A stretch of DNA of 64,000 bases from Eledone cirrhosa (Eukaryota), in assembly GCA_964016885.1 (NCBI GenBank), contig OZ024742.1:120218001-120282000 (forward strand), given 5' to 3'. Shown piece after piece: positions 53,494 to 64,000 of this stretch. How positions within the stretch are numbered: position 1 is the stretch's first letter; each line of letters starts with the position of its first letter. Below the pieces are notes generated by a model. The model ran no database searches. It had not been told where the DNA came from and worked only from the letters and a program-made list of their open reading frames with translations. The position numbers were made by a program, and so were the translations under genes.

Positions 53494-53680
53494 AATTGTT
53501 TCTACTTTTGGTACAAGGCCAGCAATTACCCCAGTGCATTACTGGTGCTTTATTTTATCGGCCCCGTAAGGATGAAAGGCAGAAAAGTTAACCCCGACAG
53601 GATTTGAACTCAGAACGTAAAGCGTCATAACTCTATGCTGCAAAGCATGGTGTCTGACGCTCTACTGATACTGCCAATAA
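53494..53680 (-). mobile_element. tRNA-derived SINE
   Basis: Reverse complement has tggcagtatcagtagagcg (A-box-like), ctgagttcaaatcc (B-box), cctttcatccttacgggg.cgataaaataa; related degraded copies near 40-390, 10.7k, 13.0k, 13.7k and 55.8k. Confidence 0.8.
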
Positions 53681-56600
53681 TAATGGGATGGTTATAGTTG
53701 GAACACATATAATTATAGATATGCTCAGTCATGGCAGATTTGGGGCTAAGCAGTACCAATTAAAAGTCTGGAACATACCACCCCACTAATTCATACAAAT
53801 ACTGTTTCCATCATATGATCATAAGGAAATATATCAATAGGGGGTGGAGTTTTAATGCCAATAAATTGAGAAACTAATATTGAAAATTGAACAATTTAAT
53901 AAAACTGTACAACACTGAATAAAGATCGTTTTTGTTTTTCTAAAAATATTCAATGAAATCGAATACACATTAACAGCAAAATGTATAAAAGACATATTAA
54001 CAATATTATTTATTTAAAAGCAAAAGCAATCATATTAAATAACTATTACTTAATGTAACACAAATTTAATATGTAAACAATGTAATTTTTAACATTAATT
54101 AGAGCACTGACGTTTGGAATAAATATTGAAGAAAAATAATATTGCTGTGGAACTTTCCCATTATTACCTGATTACTACTTCTATCAAACAACTGATATCA
54201 GCTTCATTGAGCTTATTATCGATATTAATAAAGATAGGTTTAAACAACACTTAATGGATGAATTGTTTCTCTAATATTAACATGATTAAATAGAGCAGCA
54301 GAAAACATTTGAGTAATGACAAAGGTAATTTAGATATTTAGATGCTACTTAAAACGCCATATTTCTGTACAATGGTGTCAAACCTATTTGGTTAAACTTA
54401 GTTTCATAATAGTGTTCAATGAAATAAAGATCTATGTTAAACATTATTAAACTATAGCATGAATAGTAAGTTAGGAAGTGACGAGACAAGCTCAATCTTC
54501 ATGAATCAGGAATTTGTCAATAAAATAAACTAAGAGTCAATTACTTTAACCCCAGTATACTAGTATATGAGATGAATCAATTCCATTGTGTAATCAGAAA
54601 TACCAAAGGTATATCATTACTGGACACATAAAATATACATTTAAGAAGAAAACATGAAGTCATTGCATATCCATATAAACATTATGGAGAAAACAGTCAA
54701 TAAACATTGGATTTTCAATACTTTATTTCACCATCATGATCTTTAGAGTGTAAGCATAAATCTATTTACAAAGAAAATTATTTCTTGCTCAATAAATTAT
54801 TTCCTAGTGAGAATAACTTTCACAATCACATGTGCCAATAAATATATCATACTTTATTAAAAAATGCTTAGACCCATAAATCTTAAATGTTTTCTCATTC
54901 TCATTTTTTTTTTCAAGCTTTTAAAAAATATATTAAAAAATTGTTGCCTAACATTATCTTGAAATGGCTGGTGCTTTCAGCAAAACATACTGCACTGAAT
55001 AGAAATATGCAACCCTTAAACAAGTAGATGCACATACTTTTGCCATGACCCAAAGAATGATTTTTCTTTGTATACATATAATTTTATAAGTGAAAAATTG
55101 CAGTGGAAAGAAAATCTGGAAGTTCATTAGAGTTCATCATCATTTTTGTGTTTCTTAATGAGATCAGACAATTTTTTTTTTTTTTTAATGCAGTTGTAAA
55201 TTTAATTTTGCATAGTGAGAATACTATTTATTTGTAAACAATACATTGCATAATAGTGATTTGATGAAATCATGAATATATTTATATTTGATTCTTGAGT
55301 AAATAAAACAGATTAAAATGAGTGGGTTTTATTTGGAGCTTTTTAAGTTATTGATTAAAATGTAAACAAAATTAATTATAAGCTAACTTTTGAAGCCTTC
55401 ATTAAAATCTTTCAACATAAAAAAAATAATGTAGGTTAAATTACATAATTCTTAGTCATTTAATTTTTTTAGTAAGTGCTGGATTTCAAAGGTATAGAAA
55501 GAAGCACAGAATTTATGTATATAACTTTCTTAAAATACATATTAAAAATCCACCATATAAACTTTTCTGAAATTGATTCTACTACTTGTTCTTTTTATTC
55601 TAATTAATTTGTAGTGTAATATCTTTCATAAAACTACAGCCAACACCTGCAACAGGTGTATGACTTGGTAACACGTACTATGCTTTTGCTAAGCGTTTTA
55701 GGTGTCCGAGCAGTCACAAACAGACACCCCCTCGACCCTCCCTCCCATCATTCAGCAGACCATTCAAGATGTGATTGCTAGAACATGAGTGGGCTGCATC
55801 AGCACTGGGCTGATACTTTCTTTATCAATCCCCAAAAGCATGAAAGGCAAAGTGGACCTTGACGAGATTTGAACTCAGAACATATATCCAACACTATAAC
55901 AATTCTGCAAAACCTATAATATCTTTCATCTAGGGTAAAATATTATCAATGCTATTTCACTGTATTGTCAATGATATTTGACATATGTACAGAACAAATG
56001 TCCTTATATTTGTATCTAAATATATGAATGGCTAAATGGTGAGAGCAAAATGAAAAATTGTCACTATCACATGGTAGGCAGTATATACAAAAGTTGCAGG
56101 AAGAAACAGTCAAGGCAGAATTGTATGTTTGAAAGATGTGATAACACAATATACTTAATATGCATGTTGTTTCACAGATATGGAAAAATAGGTGTTAAAA
56201 TGCTAATGATTATCACAGCTGGAAAATTAACAAATCAATAAAATTTAAAGAAAATCAACATATTCCATTCAAAGAGAGCACAATAGCTCAGCAGTTGAAG
56301 ATTGGTCCTCATTATTTGATTGACAATTTATACTGTAAGCTATTGTTCTGAAATTGAATCCTACCAATCTTCTATTAATCCCCCACTGTTATCTGTGATC
56401 CAATTCTCTGAAGCATTGAATATATGAAAAGCTGTTGAACCTTGTCAGGAAAAGGTTAGGGCTTTGAATGTTCATGAATATCTTTGCAACTTTCTTTATG
56501 AAACATCTTTCAGTGTAACCTCTTTCTCTCACCTTTTTGCAAGAGACATCAAACATGCTTTGCTAGCAATAATACTGCCAGGGATCACGAAGAATGGTGA

Positions 56601-57961
56601 ATAGTTTACTGTTTTGATATTACATTTGTGATTCTATATTCTGTTTTATTGAGATTAAGATTAATGTGTCTCAGAATTATATACTCATTGGAAAATCTGA
56701 TGCAATGCCACCATTCTTCTTGCAGAAAGTAATTCTCTTTAATCTCTTTTTTCTTTGACACCATTGGATTCTGTGTTAGATGACACATCAAATTCACTGA
56801 AGAATGTTCTTTGAAAATCTCTAACGCCAACTGATATTTAATCTAACTTGTTTTGGGCCTGCAAATACAAGTTTACAAATGTTTTTTTTTATCTTTCTTT
56901 CTTCTACATACACCTCAGTGATATTGAGAACGGGAATATTATATATATTTCAGTTGGGCAAGTTGGGCCAAGAAGAACATGTGCTTCAACCCCAAATCTC
57001 ATATACACATCAACAGACACAGTGAGGAGAGAGGATGAAGGAAGTAATATCTTTATTTTGACTGAGTTTTATTACTTATGTTGTGATATATTGATATATA
57101 AAATAATAAGCATAAATATCACTGATGGAGTGTAAAAAAGTAAATGATAAATATACAGAGAGGCTGGCATATGAGAGTGAAGGAGGGATAGAGTGAAAGG
57201 GATAGACAAAACCATCAAATAAAGGAACAAGGCTCAGAAAGGAGAATTAGAGCAAGAGGATAAAGATATTGAGATACAAAGAGAACAGAAAAAGAAAACA
57301 GTGGAGTATGTAAGAAGGGGTGAAGAAGGAAAAGAAGAACAAGGAAACTAGGAAAGCCAGAAGATAAGCAAGGTGGAAAGAGATAGAATGAGGGGGTAAG
57401 AGATGTTGGGAGAATGAAAGATAAATAGGAAATGTGAGAGATGATGACGATGATGAGAGAGTAGGGAAGTGAAAGGAAGTAAAATATGGTGAATCTGAAA
57501 TGAGATTATACAATAACATGATTTTTTTTTCTATTTCCTTACCCCAAACACTTACATAACACATGTTATTGAGTAACATACACCACAAGTGACATATACA
57601 TTTCACTTGATATAATTTATTCTAAACAATCTTGTCATTTCCAAAATATATAATATATATATATATACAATGTATATTTGATACAGGAACATTAAAGAAT
57701 ACACTTAGAATATTATAGAATACATGCCTCTATGACTACATGGTTGGATATGTATATATGTATATCAGTGTGTATATGAATGAGTGAGTACATGAGTGTG
57801 TGTGTGTGGGAGTTGTGTGTATATATATATATATATATATATAGTGTATCTTTGTTTATGAATTAATGTATGTTAGTATGTTTTTGGCCGTACTATTGAG
57901 AGATATAAACACTTTGTAGCCAGATAAGAAGAAATTCAGGCAAAGAAAACTGAAATAAAAC

Positions 57962-57992
<31 letters not shown>

Positions 57993-60350
57993 AGGAAAAT
58001 ATATAATCAAAATAACCTTAGATTATGACCCGATGCCAGTAATTCTCATTCTCTGTGCCTTTCTACCATTCAAACACATCATTAACATCATTTTAACATC
58101 TATTTATTTATGCTGGCAATGACTTGTCCAGTCATTCAAGAATCTGCCATCACTACTTCAGTTTCCTTCTTCCACAAGTTGCCTTTCACTATAACACTGA
58201 GATTTTACCACTCGGCACTCATTGTCTTTAAGCATCATATATTCCATACAAGTGCAGCCATTTTGTCTGCACACTTCAACTGCTGCTGTTAATGTTCAGT
58301 TACTCTCTCTTTTAGCTCCACCTTTCATACATATTAACATTACAAATTAAAAGGATTATGTTTGATTTATTTCTCAACATCTCCCACATTCAATGCCCAT
58401 CTCTTGCTACCTTGCAGTATCATTCTTCATTAAATGTTGTGAGGGTTTTGTGAGAAATCATTTTTTTGTTCTTATTTTTATTTTTTTTCCAAGTGTTTTC
58501 AACTAACCTGACCTCCAACTCAATTATAATCAACTTTTAGAAGGGGAGGGGGAAGGGGAAGACCCTCAGATTTTCACACCCTTCAAAGCCTGTCTTATTC
58601 TTAGCTTGCATAATATCATCATCAGCAGCAGCATTGTTTTATCATCTGCTTTCGCTGCTAGCAAGGGTTAGATGGGTCCATACAAAGTCGGTACTGAAGC
58701 GGAACCAATGATCTCCCAGCAAGCCAGGGATCTGTATCTCACTTATGTACGGTCTCACATTCCATTGAGTGTTGAGGAGAGGTTGTCATGGCTTTGATGC
58801 AGCTGAGGGTCATCTCATCCTCTTGTCTGGCAAGATTTCTATGGCTGGATGCCCTTTCTATCACCAACTACTTTACAGCATGTACTGGGTGTGCTTATCA
58901 TGTAGATCCCCAATACTAGGGATGTTGTCCTGTCTTTAAAACAACTGAAGGGTCCTCCCAATGGCAGTAAAAAGTGCTAAAGCCCCTAAAACTGCCCCTC
59001 TTTTTATGTTAGAAAACTGTTTATTTTAAAATGTTTATATTTGTCTAAAAACTTACCACTATAATCTTATGAAGATCTTTGTTATGTTCCAAACACTAGT
59101 TAAATAATGAGAAAATTATATTACTAAATCCTCCCAAATTCTTTATTTTCAAAATTATTTGTAAATCATACAGAGTGTTCCTCATTTGAAATATGGTAAC
59201 ACAATGGCTAATCTCTTTCAAACCCAAACTCCACAAAAATGAGAACATACAGACTGTAAATAATGACCTCTTACATCTCAAATCAAATGAAATCTATGAA
59301 TTCATGATGAATTATTCAGGTTCTATGATGTCATACAGAATGTATAATGAGGAATGGATATAATTACATGTACTTAATATTATAGGTAAGAATCTAAAGC
59401 TATGTTTTCACAAAAGGGAAACAAAACTTGATCCAAGTAGAAATAATAATCACCTGAAATATTTACCAGAAGGATTGTTAATCTACAGTAATTTCTGACA
59501 GCATATCAGTTTCATATAATACTAAGATTTATTTAGAAGCACCTGGTCATATCGGACAGTGATTTTCTTTGCCATTTTCTCTGAATATATCTTCATTCAA
59601 TACAATAAGCTCATCTCTCAGCTTAGTTATTAATGGAAAGTAAATGTGCATTTTAGATGATTGTAGTAAAATATTTATTCAGTGTTGAAAATATATGCCA
59701 ACTGATGAAAATGAAAATATTTTCCTCAAAATCTCTAAACCTGATCAAATCTTGCTACATTAACATATTAGATTCTTGATTTGTATCCTTCATGTCATTA
59801 AGAAGAATTCTATATAACTCTTAGTTGCTCTATATAACTCTTAGAGCATTCACAACATTTTCTTGTGTAGCTCCAAAATCTAATTTTAACAAATGTAGAA
59901 TATTATTTCTTTTTAATACAAAAGAGCAAAAATAAATTGGAATGGAATTACAGTAAAAGTGTAAACAATCATGTTTAAAAAGAGTTTGTTTTGCAACTGT
60001 AACTAAAATAATATAGATATATGTAATGGCTAAGATTACTCATATTGATTCTGATGTAAATCAATGTTATCAAAGATCAATATGCTGTTTGTCCTACTTA
60101 TGGATAGTGTCCAGGTTTTAGCCACACATTTTCCAGCAGAATGCTAATCAAACATCCTAGTGATCACATGATATTTACACAAAGGTACATATTTCTTTTC
60201 CACAAGGCTACACTAAATCTTTGTGTAACAGAAATATAGATTCTACGGTACATTACCTGCAGTGATTAATATGATGTAATACAAGACATTTGACATGTTG
60301 AAGGTTTGTTTATGCCGGCTCCTTTTCAAATAGTATAACAATAATGCTGC

Positions 60351-60467
<117 letters not shown>

Positions 60468-60797
60468 AATGTCATTGAAAATATGTTATTTTAATGAGAT
60501 TATCTTTTTAAGATTAAAAAATAAAGATAGATTGACTTATATAGAAAAAAAAAGATTGTTTTTTTCCTTAGCATTAAAGTATGTTGTTGAAAGTATACTT
60601 GATCAACCAATAATGCAAACAGAGAGTAGGAAGGTACTGGAAAATAACAGGAAAATAAATGACAAAGTTAAGATAAAACACAATCTATAACAAAATGACT
60701 AAAAGATGCACTGAAATATGGCAATGTTGAATAAATACTTCATAGATTCAATCAGTGTAAACAATTTTACACATACCTCACCAGTAAATAAATACCT

Positions 60798-61290
60798 CGA
60801 GCTGAGGGAGCTTCTATGTAGTCTTTTGAAAGAGCAGCTTGATGCCCTACAACGAGATGAGGGAGCTTCTATGTAGTCTTTTGACTACTAGAAAGAGCAG
60901 CTTAATGCCCTACAACGAGATGAGGGAGCTTCTATGTAGTCTTTTGACTACTAGAAAGAGCAGCTTAATGTCCTACAACGAGATGAGGGAGCTTCTATGT
61001 AGTCTTTTGACTACTAGAAAGAGCAGCTTGATGCCCTACAACGAGATGAGGGAGCTTCTATGCAGTCTTTTGACTACTAGAAAGAGCAGCTTAATGTCCT
61101 ACAATGAGATGAGGGAGCTTCTATGCAGTCTTTTGACTACTAGAAAGAGCAGCTTAATGTCCTACAACGAGATGAGGGAGCTTCTATGCAGTCTTTTGAC
61201 TACTAGAAAGAGCAGCTTAATGCCCTACAACAAGCTGAGGGGGCTTCTATGTAGTCTTTTGACTACTAGAAAGAGCAGCCTAATGTGCTA
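60798..61290. repeat. 63-bp minisatellite, ~7.5 copies
   Basis: Unit gatgagggagcttctatgtagtcttttgactactagaaagagcagcttaatgccctacaacga; period 63 (60856, 60919, ...). Confidence 0.95.
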
Positions 61291-62279
61291 AAAATCACAC
61301 TCTACTATCTAAAAAAAGAAAGCAAGACATATTGGATAACGTTGTCTTAGAAATATTAAGCCTGAAAAAATAGTAGGATGGACGTTGTCAGAATACATTT
61401 GTTTGTAGATCTTTTTGTTGAAGTCTGACTAGAGAGGGGGCTAAACAGCAGTAAACAAATGTCTTGTGAACCAAATTCCTAATGCTAATACCAGCAACAA
61501 ACAGCACGATGCATTAAACAAAGCTCTTTTAAAATATCTTCATGTGCAAGATGAAAAATAACAATGTACTTTTAGAGATTAGTTTTAGTTACAATTACAA
61601 TAACAATATTATTATTGTGTTATTTATTAAATATGTTCATCATTCTAACTGTAACTGATTTAATTAATTGCAAATGATACACAATCGTTTGTGTAAAGAC
61701 GTCAATATGTTATCTATAATTATAGACAAAAGAAAAATCCCGGAAATAGTGATAAAAGCAACAGTAAATGTTGCAGGATCATAGTGGCACCCACATCATT
61801 TGCTAGCCTCAAACATTTGTAGGTAAGTCTTCCAGTATTCACAACACTTCCATCATCAACATTTCCTTGTTGTTGGGGATATTTCTAAGGATTTTGAAAC
61901 CTTAGGGCCATTCGCTAATGAGGCTAATAAGTGTAGCGAAATAGTCATAATTTCAATTTCAATAGCTCTTGATCTTTAAAGCCCCTAGATCCATGACACA
62001 ACTGTATTGAAATGTTGGGGTATCTGACCGATTAGGGAGAGATGCCAGTACTACAGTCTCTTGTAGTCTGATTTGAAGCCTTCTTACAATGTAAGAGGGG
62101 CAATGATATTACTATTAATACAGTTTGAATTCTAAAAAGGAATTAAAACTCAGAACAAGAAGAGTTAGAACAGATACAGCAAGGCATCTATCTGTCATCA
62201 TTCTTCCAACTTACACTTGTGATCTGGTAAATCATATGGTAAAATTGATCTGGGTGTTGTTTCAATTCAATGTGCTTCT

Positions 62280-63015
62280 TCTTCTTCACCCACTTATTCT
62301 TGAGAGGGTCATGGGGCCAGAGTCCTCAAACACTCCTTCCAGCAGGTCCTGTCAGAAGAAACCATCTGCAACTGACCTAGCTGGATCCCCAAATGAGACC
62401 AGCCAAGCTCATGGATGTTATCCAACCATCTTGCTTGAGGTCTACCCCTGGGTCTCCTACCAGTTGGTTTTGATTGTAAAATCTGTCCAGTGATTCTTTC
62501 CTGAAACATTCTAACCACATGCCTATAGTGTTGGAGGTGTGATCTCTCAATTTGGTGATGTAGTGGCTCTACCTGGAGTAACTCTCTGATCTCTGAGCTA
62601 CACTCTCTATTGAGCAACATTACTCCAAAGACCCTTCGGAGGAACCCCATTTTGGCCGCTTGTATTTGTGATCATATTCTTTCGTTCATTACCCAAGAGT
62701 CATGACCATAGGTAAGGGTTGGCACAAATACCGAATTGAAGAGAATGAGTTTGGCTTTTACACCTACCACCCTCCTACTGATTACTGAAGTTGCCACATT
62801 ACTGCACTAGCTCCTGCAATTCTTGCACTTAATTCAGTCTCATGCCTTCCATCACTCGTGAACAGGGCCCCAAGATACTTGAACTTCCCCACCTGCCTCA
62901 ATGGAACCCCATTCACATGTAGAGTGCACTGCACAGGATATCTTGAGAGGACAAGTGTCTCAGTTTTCTGATTTTTATTCCCACTAAGCAGCACTCTGCA
63001 TCAAATCTATCAAGT
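62280..63015 (-). mobile_element. RTE-like LINE 3' remnant (second family)
   Basis: KTETLVL...LRQVGKFKYLGALFTSDG...ARI, MGFLRRVFG...PTGRRPRGRP..RWLDNI; frameshifts; (gaa)n-like tail near 62277-62287. Confidence 0.85.
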
Positions 63016-64000
63016 GCAAGGATAGTAAAGGCTGGGAAACTTTTGATGATAGCTCTGCTCAATCTGAGCTGACTTGGGTTAAACAACAACCCTCATCATT
63101 GCCATTTAAATTCCAAAGGGAAAAGCAACTAATAATAAACAAAAGACACCTTGAATTTGATTACAACTGTAAATATGTTATGTTTGTTACCTTCTTTTCA
63201 ATAATTAGTGAAATAAAGATTTCTAAGACAGCTTCAAATTTGTATTTATGTGTATGGAAGAAAATATTGCATATAAGAGAATCTTTGTAGAAATTCTATA
63301 GCAGTAATTACATTTCTTACTTGTTTAACAATATGTGTATATTTTGAGGTGGGTGGCTATGTTTTAAACTAATTAAATTAGCTTCAGTTTTAATGGGGAT
63401 AATGAAACAGATTGTTTAAAGGGTTTTGCTGCATGTTTTTCCTTGTGAAAATTATTTGTTAGCAAAAACAAAAGATTAGTTTCATCATAGAAAATACAAA
63501 CTACAAACACTTTCTCTGCTGCTATGATGTCACAACACAAAAGTTAATAGTTACATAAGCAGAAATCTGAAATGCATAGCAAAATATGGCAAATTCTATG
63601 TTTACAGTATATGTTTTCATGTTTACATTAATTAGAGGTACAAGATTAAACAAAAGTGTAAGTTTTATGGTTGAGTATCTTGCCTAATACACAAAGGGAA
63701 AAAGTATTGTATACACTTGTGTGTAAGACATGCCATGAAAATAAAATGTGAAAATCAGCATATGTCTTAGCTACTGAACCTACAAAACTTTAATTCAAAA
63801 TATAGAGCATATTCTAAATGTTATGTGAAAAATGAAAGTGCAACTTATACACGGGTATATATATGGTAATTGATGTTTCAATTATTTGGAGATCTCATTT
63901 ATCGGTCATTTAGTGTTGGACCATTTTACACTGTATGTTTTGTGATTTATTAGAAGAATGATACAAATGATTGAAAATTTGGCAGGAGATGCAACAAATG

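Overview
Eukaryotic, AT-rich, microsatellite-dense, mostly non-coding DNA. The repeat content looks like an octopus/coleoid cephalopod genome: tRNA-derived SINEs, RTE LINEs with (TGA)n tails, and (TA)n/(CA)n/(GA)n tracts. This is an inference, not checked by search. The large recognisable elements are a near-intact RTE-clade LINE (~19.7-23.7 kb, one internal TGA, PHD-type C4HC3 finger inside the RT), a decayed Tx1/L1-clade LINE (48.3-52.0 kb), and a ~7.2-kb array of a 31-bp satellite (38.6-45.9 kb). Many SINEs, MITEs and LINE remnants are also present. Manual splice-site reading gives a phase-consistent chain of small minus-strand exons (28.9 kb down to 0.96 kb) that could encode an unidentified membrane protein; this is tentative. 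The most unusual signal is a set of fold-back elements sitting in (TA)n tracts that carry hammerhead-ribozyme or hammerhead-like cores, including a 389-nt palindrome with a minimal type I hammerhead in each arm. Most ORFs in the supplied track are microsatellite artefacts.
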